From NCBI GenBank assembly GCA_002633005.1, contig NMRA01000033.1:1014611-1078610 (forward strand): 64,000 nucleotides of DNA, written 5' to 3'. The notes below the pieces were generated by a model that was not told the DNA's origin, did no database searches, and saw nothing but the letters and a program-made list of their open reading frames with translations. Shown here piece after piece: positions 21,320-34,655 of the stretch. A program made the translations under genes and the position numbers. The stretch comes from Phoronis australis (lineage: Eukaryota > Animalia > Phoronida). Each line of letters begins with the position of its first letter. The first letter of the stretch is position 1.

Positions 21320-24300
21320 CGTCTTCTCTGTATTAAACTTCTGGGACCTTTTGGCAATAAACTCGAAGCGCAAATTGTCTGAAATATAAACAAACCAAGT
21401 TACCACGCATGATTAATCAAACAGATTTGAGAACGTGTGATCCTAACACGGAAAGCGCCTCATATTTTAATCACGAGGGTACAAATAACTCTGGCCACAC
21501 AAGACATTTCGTAACTCATTTAACATATGCAAATTTTACAAATTCCACGACTCATGTCATGGCAAATTCTAGGCATGATCATGGGTACACGCTATTTTAT
21601 CAACCTAGTGTCACTCCGCATATTACTTATTACAAGGAGATGTACTTTGAGCACCTGAATTTTACGCAGACAAGCGTAAATTTGAAACGATGCTCGAGCA
21701 GGGGAGGGCTATTTGCAATGAGCAGGGGATCACGGCCCGTTCAATGCGTCGGGCGACTGACTTACACGTATGTAACAGTTGGATGGTCTCGCGCCTTAGT
21801 AGTCACACGCAATGAGATTAAAAGGACGTTGTCACCGAGGAAAGTAATTTCTGAGATCAACTTAAGCGTGGAATCGAAATTGGAATCCTTCTGGTCGCGG
21901 TTTAGCGCTTGGTGGGGGAGCTAACTCTCACTAGATACATGGAGGAATATTTAAGTATACTTAACTCGTTAAGTCACCGGCCATGATTTCAGCGCATGTC
22001 TGGCAGTCAACGGCAAGAATGGATGATTTGCATTAAAACCACAAAACACAACATGTGCTATTGTTTTTATAGCTCTGGTCAACGCAAATAATATCAAGAA
22101 GTACAACAACAACTCCAAAATTTTGATGGTCGCCATGAAATCAATAATGTCCCTTCAGTTGGCATGTCACTTAAGACTGTGACCTTGTAAGAAAAAGAAG
22201 GGGAGAATTGAGTCGAGTTCATCTCACTCAGATTTCTTAGGGTAACGCAAACATGTGTCATCTTACTAATATCTCCGCATGTCACCGCACGTGTGCCTGT
22301 TCAGTCAAAAATTATCATGAGGTTATCTTATCATATCGGGCCATTTTTTGCTTTTGGTAACTGGGCTTCATTTCTGCTGTTTCTTTTACTCGTAAATTTA
22401 TCACATTATTTTCTTCATTGGCCTTTCCTCAGCCACCAGGTGGCGAGAAGTGACAACCGACACGTCTTGAAAACCGACAACATTTCGCGAGTCCGCTCAA
22501 CTACATGTATGTAGTCGGTGCAGCGAAAATTACGAGAAAGGGGAGCACTAGAAATGGAGCGCACTGGTTAACAAAAACAGAAATGGTCACTCGGCATGGC
22601 TTTTGATGCCCGCTATTGCAATATGATGGCATGTTTGTTTCGTAACATATGTATTTAGTTATAGGTGGTTATAACCAATATGTTGTAGCGTGAGCTCGGC
22701 ACGCGCGCTGTCGTGCTGATTTCAAGTACGTCTCTTGTTAGAACAAATAATCGTGATAGCGTGCTGATCGGGTTGACGCTCTCTAACTTTTGAAAGTTGA
22801 GTAACAATTTTTTTAAATCACTGGTTTTGACAATTCATCGAATTTCACGAACACATGTAAATGCACTTCCTTCAGTCACATACGACAGCTACATGTAAAC
22901 TGAAATTTCCATAAGAAGAAGTCATATACATACGTGTACATGTATAGTCTCTGTGACAGTACATCTTTATTGTTTTGGACTCTCTTATCTATCGAAGCAC
23001 AAACTGATAACGGACCCTATAAATATCCCATTGAAACATTCCTTGTAAATGTGACAACATAAAAAGTAATAATACACTTGGTAAAATTCAGAAAACGGTT
23101 CTTAAGAACATGCGGATTAAATATGGACCACAGGGCCTGGGATATTTTTACCGTGTAGTGAAAAACAGCTTCGGTAACCTTTAAGGGAATGGATCTCTCG
23201 TTTTTCTTCTAGTGCTTATAACAACGTTTCCGGACAAGCTGCAATCGCTTTCATCGTGCAAATGAACTTCAGCACAATACCCTTAACTCGTTTGTTTTGT
23301 TGTTTCTGTATTTGAAATGACAATCCTCATAACATATAACGACATGTTATCAATGCAGCTGTGAAGTTTCATATCGATGATAACAAACGAAATTGAATTT
23401 CAAGCATGTGTACGAACGTCCTGCGACATGAAAAAAAACTGACGGCAATTTTACGACAACGTCCCTTTTCTGCAACTTCGCTCGTATTTAACATTCGTTA
23501 TATTGATTAATTTTCGCACCCCTCACTCCTCTTCGCTCCCGTGAGCTGAAACACAATCTTGTCATCTTAGGTTAACATTCGACTCAAATGCATGCATCCC
23601 GTAGGCTTCGAACCCACTGACAAGTTTTGGGACCGCTAAAGAAATGTTTATGAACAGTAGCACCCTATCAAATGCCCAAATTTGACTCATTTCGGAACGT
23701 CGTATCTTTTTTTGCTTAATTTTACTAAAATGACGTATTCACATGACTCAAATAGCGACAGCTTTGTATTACAGGTACCTAAAAGTCAGAGTTCACAAGC
23801 TTTCTATTTTCACCAACGGAGATGAAGCGGTTATAAGCTTGCGTCCAAGATGTAAACTTTTGATTTAGGCCACTTGTCACTTTAAAATCGGCATCGACCT
23901 ACTGACATGGGAAATGATTTTCACTATTGCATAGAACTGATATTTCGTTATTCATTGAGACAATTCTGGCCCATAAAATGAAAGCCGTGACAAGTCAAAT
24001 TGTAGGGTCCGATCCCAAGCAATGGCGAGAACTGTCACTTCTTTCGACGTCATGAAATCACTTCAAATTCGACTAAAAACAATTTAAGACCAATTTCATA
24101 ACGCTAGGTGGTCTAAATCTACACTTAGCAATAGTTTTGTGGATATTTGACTCAATAAACAGACTTATCGACAAGGTCTTAAGTGACCTTAAAACTGCGA
24201 ACCCCGTGTTTGAGTTTGAATGGAGTGTTCCAACGAAATGAAGATGTCGTGAGATTAATTTTGTTTCTCGCAAGATCGAGAAGAGATGTAATGAAGACGT

Positions 24301-24520
24301 TTCATGTAGGTTTATAACTTGAAATATGCAGGAAACATTAACCGCCATTGAAATCGGCAGATTTTATTTGGATTTATTTTCTAGCCTTGGCGACGTTTAA
24401 TAGGTTGAAAAAAAATGACGTCACACCAAAATCTACAATGGGGCCTAAATTAAAATCATTAAAAATTCGCCGATTATTTCAAGTGCACAACAGCGAAGAA
24501 AATGAAAAGAGAACTACTTC

Positions 24521-24640
24521 GATTATGGTGATGGTGGTGATGAAGGTGACGGCGATGATGAAGATGATGAAGATGATGAAGATGATGAAGGTGATGATGA
24601 TGGTGATGATGATGAAGAAAGTGGTGATGGTGGTGTTGGT
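24521..24640. repeat. Degenerate (GAT/GGT/GAA)n microsatellite
   Basis: gatgatgaagatgatgaag... tract; explains the poly-Met and poly-His ORFs. Confidence 0.85.
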
Positions 24641-27600
24641 AACGACTTCGTAAACTACCGTAACTGTCTGCTAAATAACAAATTAAAACATTGCAAACCT
24701 TCAAATGTTTCCCGTAGGCGAACTAAAGGTAAAAAAGCAACTTACACGAGCAGCTTCTAAAGCTTTCAGTAGACTGATAAGTTCGATTTGCCAATGCACC
24801 AATTATTCAGTATACGTCTGCGCATGCGCCTCATGGATAAGCAATGAACTGCTTTTGAATCCTCTACCCCTGAATTTTCTGAATGTCGCCACAAGGAGCG
24901 CTTTGTGACAAAAGTAGACCGCTTTTACATCGAAGAGGGCACGCGAATGCTTCGGTTGGCAATGTTCGCATCAATCATAAATACTAGCAACGATCTGTTT
25001 ATATTCCTTTATCTTATGTACACATCGGTGGTGTCTTATAGGAAATCCACACTGCAGATAGTTAAACAGGCAAAGGTAGACCTCATTCCAGCCAACATTA
25101 AGTAGTTTACCATTCTAATGTATCAAAGCATTAGTGAACAATGGATAAACACTGAAAGGTCGTTGGAGGCATGGTTTTTGTCATCGTATCTAACTTTCTG
25201 TTTCCGAGATGCGACACCTCATCCGCAGATCACCATATTCTCTGCGAATCTCAGTTCACCTTTGGTTTAGGCATTTTTACAGATGTTAAAACAGCGTCTT
25301 CGCACGATGGGAGAGACACACTGGGCCTGGGTCAATGGATTTCCATCTCCAATTATTAAAGGATTCATTGAAAATCAAGCAGTTTAGACCATTGTTTTCA
25401 ACTGAGGAATTCCATAGTTTATAAGTAGCCAAACACAGGGACATTGATACACATACTCGATGTGCCTACTCGCTCAATCCTGTGATATTCTACTTTACGT
25501 GCTGCTGAAAATTCAAGATGCAGACTCGTTTTGGAGTGAACTCGGGGAAAGGGACCCATTTGAAAAGAGCTCTATGAAAGAATAACCCGTTCTCATAATT
25601 CCATACCAGAAACATCACCCTTTGTAGCGGTTAATCCCAAACCTTGCCTTTTCGTAGGGATTCTTGGAGAGCAGATATTTTACCCATTAAATTGAAATCC
25701 GAAACATAACTTTGTAACCAATGTTGTTACGTATGGATAATAATTGTTGAAAACTTTTCTGTAGATTGTAAAATGAAACCTTTATGCAGTACGTGCCAAG
25801 GTAATCAGCCAAGATATCGTCTCGCCGTCAATCATGAAGGCTAATTCTATTTACAGCAAAAAATGCCGGGCAATGTCTATTATGGCGACAAAATTCAAAT
25901 AACAGAATGGCTTAGTCGCTTAACCAACTTCCTTGTTATTTCCCCTTCATCCGGGGCCGCGAGGAAAGCCTATAATGTATTCTAGAATGAATTTGACCTC
26001 CGCACAACCGCCACGACGTACCATTAAAGTTCTGGGGCATTTTTTCTGAATACTATTGACGAGTCTTGTAGAGTTTCAAAAAAACTCTATAATCCAAGTG
26101 AACTACATGTATTTTGCGAGGAACTTTGTTAAAATGCACCAAGCACAGCCTACAAGTATCCTAAGTTCCGCTCGCATCATGACATGTCATGCTTATAAAC
26201 ATAACAAATTTGAAGAGGAAATGATCAATCTATATCGAAACAAATGTAGAGAAAGTCAGGTGCCTGACGTTCCGTAGGCGCAGCACATTCGCAAAAACGC
26301 AAAATCACGCAAATCTTCGCGAGATATCTTCATGAATTATAAACAAAGCACGTGATCACACTAGCGTTACTGACGAGATTCTCGCCAATACTGTGACTTA
26401 ATATGCTCTCTGTAACTCCCTTGATGACATAAGAGATAGTGAGATATAAGCTGCTGGCATTTGGTCCGTTTTCAGGCAAAAGTCTACACGTTTGAATTTG
26501 AAATCAATGACGTTTAAAATTATGTCAACAAGTTGAAATGCTTGGAAACAACGACTCAATCATTTGCCAAATATAAACAATAATGTTACGCTAAATTTGC
26601 TTTAGAAGTGGTCAAATCTTTTACAAATTGATTACCTATAAACAAAACCACGATCATAATGCTACCATTTTAGTGGAAGGCCAATTTGGCTTGGATGTTT
26701 TCACGTTTTTGATTGTCTTACAGCTGTAGCATGTACTTTATTTTGTCTAACACCGAATGAATTTTATCTGCTAATGTATTTTGCAAGTCATTTTAGAGTC
26801 GTTAGCATTTTTTAATGCAGTAAAAAACGAATTCTCAGCAAAACTAGTTTGAGGAAATGTAAAGCAACCGGCATGTTTTTGGGGGTTATTTTCGAAATGA
26901 AAACAAAACTGGTTAAATCGTCTGAGGCAGTAATGAAATTCACATCCTACGACCTGGAAAGAATTCCAGGGAACTTTTTGTTTGTCTAACTTGCATGAAA
27001 TTGACACGTTTTATTGCCTCTGTATTTTAACATCGGTAGAAAACGCGAAGTTCCACGAAAAGTTTATGTATGCGTGTCGAAACACCTGACTTCGCCCAGC
27101 GTGAGAATGTGAAGATTTGTCGTTTGTTTCTCAACTATTACCTGGAAAAACTTATGAAAAGAAAAAGCGGAAAACTTTGACCAGTGACTCGGGAGTAGTT
27201 GACACACGCAGTGCATTGTATATTGATCAGTTTCGTAGACTTGCCTTCAAAATCTTATGAGGCATGCTACGAACCATGTTTTAAGTCAGTATTACAGTGA
27301 ATAGCTACTTCAAAACCTTTACTTACATGTAGACTTCTGTACTCACACACGCTCCGAAAATGATTGATAAGTTAAACGCTAAAAGGAAAATCTAGGAATT
27401 GTAGGTATGTCGACGAAGGGGATGTGGTAAAACTGGCGACTTGGAGAACAACTAAGCGAGACGTACAAGTGTCGATCTGTAGAATTAAAGGGGCACAATC
27501 GATTTTAGGGCCAAAAAACTCGTTTGGGGGACTTTTGCTGAGTAAAATGGACTTCCTAGAGTTTTCACCGAAACCGTGAAATAGGAAATTTCGTCCTGAG

Positions 27601-27734
27601 ATAGCTGTTTCCCGACGCTGGCGTCCAACCGGCATTCAGTACAATTAGCTAAAGTTGAGGCCATTAACTGTACAAGTTAATTGTACTCTCGGCTACTTGT
27701 ATTTTAGCTCTACCGACCTAGTCTGCAGTGACCC

Positions 27735-27775
27735 CTGGGGAGAGGTCGTGGGTTCGAAACCTTGGTGGAGTTGTT
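27735..27775 (+). mobile_element. Possible tRNA-derived SINE head fragment
   Basis: gaggtcgtGGGTTCGAAACC resembles a T-arm/B-box; no complete cloverleaf. Confidence 0.3.
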
Positions 27776-28218
27776 TTCAAACTCATAAAATTGTCGCGGA
27801 TAATGTCACTTTAATTGTGCAGTCCATGAAGATGTGGGCGAAAAGTTACAGAGCGTGGTGACCGGGTCGTGGAGGTGATGTTGACGGTGACGGCGATTGG
27901 GTGTGGGGGAAGATGAATGAGCTTACTTTCCTACGTATATGGTAGTAGGAATTGTAAGCGCGTAAAGCTGTTGACATCGGCTGAGAGCGTGGCGGGCTCC
28001 AAGTTGCCAACTACACACATCACAACAAAACGGCACATAGGAACACCCCCGGATAACCCAATTTCAGAGCCTACAAACTGTCGCACTATACAAAATACAC
28101 GTGTTAAATCTTTGTCTCCAGAATCACATGTTTCGATCGTTTTTTTTTGATTTTACAGACCATGTAAATTCAGTGGAAACTTCAACGTGTAAATAGTGAG
28201 CCCGAAGCTTAAGGAACA

Positions 28219-28319
28219 ATTACAGGTATATCAACAGTAAATATTACAGGTATATCAACAGCAAATATTACAAGTACATGTATATCAACAGCAAATATTA
28301 CAGGTATATCAACAGCAAA
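28219..28319. repeat. 24-bp tandem repeat x4 (tattacaggtatatcaacagcaaa); third unit carries a 6-bp insertion
   Basis: Direct reading: unit 3 is caagTACATGTAtatc versus caggTAtatc in the other units. Confidence 0.9.
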
Positions 28320-29952
28320 AATAGTCAGTACCCTGCTGCAATTACTAGTTTGTCAGCCGATGATTGACATTTTCTAAGTTAAGCATCAAGTTTTTTTCAA
28401 GTATTTTCGTGCTTCTTGAATGCATGTGGGTTGAAAACAGTAACAGTTAAGCATAAAGTATAAGGTGACTAATCAAACCGATTTGAATCTGACAAACCTG
28501 CTTAAAATCGATATTTTCCTTTGAACTTTCATAAACACGTAGTCCACAATAGCCGTAGGCAAGTGAGCATGAAAAAGCAGAATTAATGTCCAACACTGCT
28601 CCACTGAAGTAGAAGCGTTGACTCGATTTTTGCAGGAAAAATCCGTCAAGTTTGCAATTCCATATGTTTACCAGGCGCAGTCTTCACTCCACGAAGACGC
28701 GGCGCCAGGATTTAACTGTCCTTCTGCCAGGACGTTGCGGCTATGTTGGTACTTCAAAGAGACCCAACGTTTGTGAATCAGCCTGCTGTTTCAAACAAGT
28801 GTGTTTTGTATGAGGTTACTCTTTAATTACTTTTTGTTGACAGTTTTATGAGATTTCGGGAAACATGGTGATATAGGACCCCGCGTCTTTGCGAATTCCG
28901 TGTTTTGGTATTCGCCAGTCGTGCGTGATATGCGAGGGAGCTCATTACGAACTGGGTAGATTTCCTGAAGGTAAAAGTGGCCAGAACAATTTTGTTTTTC
29001 GTTTCATTCTCACGGCATCTTGAGCTGGAATGGAAACGTTGCGCTGACCAACCGAAATGGCATCTTTATCATTTATCAGCAGTACATTAAGCCAGGCGCT
29101 TTTTGAATCAAACCAAAGCAGTTGAATCTCAAAGTCCACATCAGGTTTTTCAGGCGATTGCATGTGCCCAACGTGTGGAAATGAAATAATTTTCACCTGA
29201 ATAGCAGCATAGATGCATGTAGCAGGCAACTGAATGGCAGTTTTGACGGTAGTAATACAACGAGTTGTCCACGTGCATATCCCCGCGTGATCTCGCGATT
29301 TGAAAAAAGAAAAGGAATTGTTAGCCAATCAATATTGGTCTTCATTACATGAATTTATAGTTAATTCCCCGCAGTACGTAATTTGAGGTTGTGGCGCGAA
29401 TAGTTGAACGTATTGTCATCAACACTGTCTTTGGTTCTAACTGTGCGAGGGGGACGAGATTATTGGTGATGCAAGTGTCATTTATCGTGTCTATCTTATT
29501 CAGTTCTCAGATTGCAGGTTTCGTGTAGTTGCTCCATTTTAGAAACCTTGTTTTTGCTTGTTGTGATTTTAGCGTAGACTCTAGTGTTCAATATTTGGGT
29601 GAAATAATCCACCCTGATGAATACGGTATAATACATTTCAAAAGAACGTTATTGGCTTTGACGTTCGAAAATCTCATTTCTGGATTATTACTGGATGGGG
29701 TAGACCATTTGCCCAGAGCTATCAAACGACACAATCCGTTGAGTTTTTGTAATTTTTTTACGAACTGCCATTTCTCGCAGTGTTCCGCTGTTAGACATTA
29801 TCAAGGCATTTGTCTTGACCATTTAAATACTCTTAGAATACTGTGCTATGTAACGCGTTTAATTTAGCTCAGCCGCATAACGATCGACTCAGTCCTACTG
29901 ATCCCTTTTGTCTGTAAAAGTACTACTCGTCGAGAATGTCTCTTTTAATTGT

Positions 29953-30050
29953 GGTTGTATAGCACCCTCCCCCGGGCGCATACTGATAGACCCTTGAAAC
30001 AGGTTGTATAGCATCCTCCCCCGGGTGCACACTGCTACACCTTTGAAACA
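29953..30050. repeat. 49-bp tandem duplication
   Basis: ggttgtatagca.cctcccccggg.gca.actg.ta.acc.ttgaaaca at 29953 and 30002. Confidence 0.85.
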
Positions 30051-30628
30051 TGTCTCTAGCTCCTCATCCCGGTTTTAACTATATTACTAAAGCATAAAAA
30101 TGGTTTTAGAAGGTCAGTGCAATGCCGGGGTCGACCTTAAAGGCCTGAACACATCTGATACAACGTGTGCCAGACCGCCTGCAACTACAAAATTACGCCT
30201 ATATATGTAGGACCCTATAAAATAGCCAAATTTAGCTGAACTCGGAACATCGTGAGCGGATTCATGCATGTATGAAACCTTCACAAACCTTGCTTTATGC
30301 ACTGTTCGCAAAAACGCTTTTCGGTATTGTTATTAAAATGTTCCACTTTTGCTTGAGGGGCTATCGCAAATAGGACTTTCAATCTTTTAAATTGCATAGT
30401 ATAACGAAAACGAATTCAAATTTAAGAAAACTCTGACAGCGTTTTTGATATCTCACCTTGATCAGTCATATCAAATAAAATTTGATCATGTTATTATTAC
30501 CGTTGTTTATCTATCTATGTATCTTTCTCTTTTACTAAATTTTACTGAAAAGACATGATCACGTGACCCAGTCAATACCAGATTAATAAAAAGTCAAAAA
30601 TCAAATTCCACAGGCTTTGTACTTTAAG

Positions 30629-30840
30629 AAAATGAACACTTTTACCGAGTTAAAATGAACACTTTTACCGAGTTAAAATGAACACTTTTACCGAGTTAAA
30701 ATGAACACTTTTACCGAGTTAAAATGAACACTTTTACCGAGTTAAAATGAACATTTTTACCGAGTTAAAATGAACACTTTTACCGAGTTAAAAGGAACAC
30801 TTTTACCGAGTTAAAATGAACACTTTTACCGAGTTAAAAT
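30629..30840. repeat. Near-perfect 23-bp minisatellite x9 (aaaatgaacacttttaccgagtt)
   Basis: Nine contiguous units with only two substitutions seen and no spacers. Confidence 0.95.
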
Positions 30841-30845
30841 CTATA

Positions 30846-31052
30846 GCTTACCTAGATATTTTGCTAAATGCACAGACAGGTCCTACGTAAACGATATTGA
30901 TTAATTCCATACTATAAATTGTTGCAATTTCCAATGGAACCGCAATTTTGACGTCACAGTGGAAAGTCGGTCTTTTCATTAACTTTATTAGTACTAAATG
31001 CGTTTAGGTTGATTGATTAAGGAAGGAGTATTTAGAAAATATCTGGCTAAAG
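30846..31052. mobile_element. Short MITE-like element adjacent to the minisatellite
   Basis: cttacctagatattttgctaaatgc versus gtatttagaaaatatctggctaaag (diverged inverted repeat). Confidence 0.4.
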
Positions 31053-33027
31053 GTGACCGAAAATCCAAAAAGAAACTGTGCGAGAACACGCGCACTAGAT
31101 ACATGCATGTGTCATGTATGTTAATGACCAACTAGTCAGTTGCCGATTCACTCAGTGATTCTACATGATTCCACAATTGGCGAATTTGTACCGGTTCTAC
31201 GTTTCATTTTCTATGAAATGTCACTGATACGAATGTAGAATATTATCAAAAATGGAAAACATCTATGGTAGGAAAAGCATTTTTTTAGGTTGCCATTAAC
31301 TTCTATCGATGCATTCCTGAAAGCAGTTCATTACGTATACTCAAAGAAAAATAGTAACTTTGGCTAAAACATCGCCAGCTTAATCCAAACCCTCGTCACA
31401 TTTCAATCGCAAGCAGCGAAACGAACTCCTATATTGATCGTTAACGTTTAGATTAAAAATCAGTATCGAAGACAACGTCAGTTACAAATATAATAACAAT
31501 AATTTGTAAATACATGGTACAGTCATTTTATGTCGAAATGGATGACTCTTACCATCTCCAAATTGTCTGTTTATTAACATTGTTCCTGGTCACCTGACTT
31601 TGCAAAAATGTATGCATGTATCAACTCACAATACCAACATGTCTCATGGAAGCAAAAAGGTTCAACCAAAATGAAATCGTCCCAAAGTTCACATCGCTGA
31701 CCTCTAGTTTGGCAAAAATATATGGCACTTGTCTTTGAGATAAACAGCATTTGACCCTTAATGATTTTTAAGTTTGGCGCCGGGTCACAAACGTCACAAA
31801 GGGGACCATGTTGGTGCAAAATTTGAAAGTTTATATTTCAGTCTCAACTCATGGAAATGACTGACTTTCACCTGCTTTACTGTAATTTAATATTTTCATT
31901 ACTTGATGGCGGCCATTAATATGAAAGCAAAGTTAACCATAGCAAAAGACTGTACATGTATGTTGTGCCGCCGTGAATCACATGTAGGTAAAACAACGTT
32001 TAACATGCATGCGATATCACTGAGTGACAGAGTCGCTAAGGTTACTACTGCAAAATTAAGGTGACGCCCACCATTCTTACGTAGCTATTCATAAACGGTT
32101 AACCCAATTTAAACACTACCGATGTCACCAAAAAACGTTATTCGTCAAAGCTTAACTGAACCTGCCGTAACGCTACAATGTATGTTGACTAAACTGAAGT
32201 GTCGTAAATTGGCGTCCTTGCAATGCATGGGCGTTCGCAAGACTTGCAGCTACGGGGCCCATTGCCATCGGCGACAGTAATTATTTTACACACAAACTGA
32301 CAGAACTGCAATTGTACAATTTCCTGCCACTATTCTATATCTAAGACTAACTATTCGTACCTTGTTGCAGAAGTTCAAAAAACTTTGGTAGTTTTTTTGG
32401 AAAATTCTTAATACAGTGTAGCGACATGATGAATTGGATCTTTTGTAATATTCGTGTCTAAGAGAATGTCAGATTCCACCTCATCGCTGCCATGTGTGTG
32501 CGAAGCAAGTGCAGAGTTACCGTAACCCTTCCTTCAGTATCAAGGTCCCCGTGTCCGGCGATGTGGCATCTGTTAGAATTAAACTTCAATCCTGCACGAT
32601 AGAATTGCATTAGACGCTCCGTTGAAAATTGACGGAACGTTCGCTGCACCAGGGCTTGAAAGACGTTCATGCAATCAATGCCATACGAAACCATCATCAA
32701 TAAATAACAAACAGTTCAGTGACAGCAAAAACACTGCATTTGCTTAAATCAACAGACATTGGGTGTAACGGATTGATTTAATATCGTATCAAGTAACCCG
32801 AACACGTTTTATCTTCGGATTAGCGACGCTATATTATTCACAAGAACCCACTGTAATGAGACGGGTAATGAAAGCTGTCATCGCTTTCTCCAAGACGCTA
32901 GGGGGAATAATTCTACTAGGATCGACTAACTAAGGACATCTAGATATACAGAAAGGTCGTAAATAACACCACAGTTAGGTGCTTGAGAAATCGGAGCAAA
33001 ACTTCTGATTTCAACGTTTCCACGTTT

Positions 33028-33307
33028 CTGTTGAATGCGAGGCTAGCTGTATTGAATGGGAGGGTAGCTGTGTTGAATGGGAGGCTAGCTGTGTTGAATG
33101 GGAGGCGAACTGTGTTGAATGGGAGGCTAGCTGTGTTGCATGGGAGGCTAGCTGTGTTGAATTGTAGGCTGGCTGTGTTTAATGGGAAGCTGGCTGTGTT
33201 TAATGGGGTGCTAGCTGTGTTGAATGCGAGGCTAGCTGTATTGAATGGGAGGCTAGCGGTGTTGAATGGGAGGCTAGCTGTGTTGAATGGGAGGCTAGCT
33301 GTGTTGC
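33028..33307. repeat. 21-bp minisatellite, ~13 units (gctgtgttgaatgggaggcta)
   Basis: Contiguous diverged units; generates the (AVLNGRL)n ORF. Confidence 0.92.
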
Positions 33308-34572
33308 CGTCTGGTTACTGATAATTCCATACGCTAAGTCTGTTTTAACAAACTAGTCGAACTTATCGGAATAATTTTTGCTGGTATCTGCATCAATGTA
33401 GGAGTTGATGATAAGGAAGTCGACTACGTTACGTATACTAAGAAAGCTGACATGCATTTAGAAAAACTGTAATTAACCCACTTTTCGGATAATTACACAC
33501 ATGCACGGCATATGCATATACTGCAAAATTGGGCGCTTACGAAAATAACCAGTAATACAATATGACTTTAATCAATTAATGCTAAATTGTCTTATACAGG
33601 ACACAATTATTCACACATGACGTTTTGATTCCATGCTGTGATATGGTAGTTATAAGCAAAAACAAAACATAGCTCATGCGTTTGTACAATGGGACTGGTC
33701 GCCTCATTCTGCCAATTTCTTTCTGATGAGTTCATTTTTTTAAAAAATACATCTGAAAACATGTAATTGTTATCGCAGTTTGATGTTACAGGTGGCTAGT
33801 GAAAAGATGTTGGATACAAAAATTGTACCGAGACTTGCCAAAAGTACACCCTGTCTTATCTTTCACCCTAACCCCTTTAGAAGACGGAAACTTGTCATTT
33901 AAAACCACAATGTTTCCTTGTTCACCGTGAAGGGTCGCTTTACAAGTAGGATTAGGCTCACCAGATTTTATGCACTTTCAGAGATGACACCCATGAAACG
34001 AGCATGTTGTTTGTGTGATGTCTATTTTATATACGATTTAGTACTTTGTGCTAAGATTCAGTTATTAACATGTTGGCGTCCCCAATCTAACTGACGTCGA
34101 CTATCTTTACGTTTTTAGCATATTTAATCGTATTTTCTCTAACTATATGTTACGTTCCGAAACGATTACATCGAATCCATTAAGAGTAGATTTATTAGGC
34201 ATATTGTACAAGAACGTTCTACTCCTTGATGACGTTGTTATCACAGCGTACTGTGGGTAAATAAAGACGATTTGAAGGCATAACATCTCCCAGAAATTTC
34301 AACATGATGAATTCCAGTCATTACGGTAATAACGAAGAATCATACAACACAATGGCTCCATATGAGAAAAAAATTTGACGATGGCCATAATGATGATCAT
34401 GTTGACAACGAAAACAATGACTAGAGCAGTAATGATAACAGTAACAATCATTATGATAAAAAACTATGCGATCATCTGCTCGCTCTCCAATCTTAAGTGG
34501 AACGTAATAGTGTGTGTGGTCCACATCCTACAAACAAACAACAGTATAACGCTTAAAAGACTTGAACATCGT

Positions 34573-34655
34573 TGATTCAAGAAAGATTTCATTAGGCATC
34601 TCCTCATTGTTATGAGCGACGACGAATGTCCGTACCACCTCAGATCGTTGTCCAT
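34573..34655 (-). mobile_element. Possible RTE-clade LINE fragment
   Basis: Minus-strand LRWYGH followed, after a frameshift, by EEMPNEIFLE. This resembles the RTE C-terminal LRW.GH..R....P..I motif. Confidence 0.35.

Noticed and set aside
21409-21924. 171-aa plus-strand ORF
   Set aside because: No recognisable motif; lies antisense in the GPCR B 5' intron/upstream region. Cannot be supported without expression data.
23593-23625. tRNA gene on the minus strand (GGGTTCGAAGCC T-arm-like)
   Set aside because: Only a 3' fragment; no D-arm or anticodon arm could be folded.
24348-24704. Poly-His and poly-Met ORFs
   Set aside because: Translation artefacts of a GAT-type microsatellite.
25310-25395. 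Minus-strand NESFNNWRWK resembling a Mutator-like transposase motif
   Set aside because: Too short and flanked by stops; not distinguishable from chance.
30629-30840. CRISPR-like array
   Set aside because: Units are contiguous with no unique spacers, there are no cas genes, and the context is eukaryotic.
32983-33321. (AVLNGRL)n repeat protein ORF
   Set aside because: Open only because the 21-bp unit lacks a stop; TTG start, and no splice or domain support.
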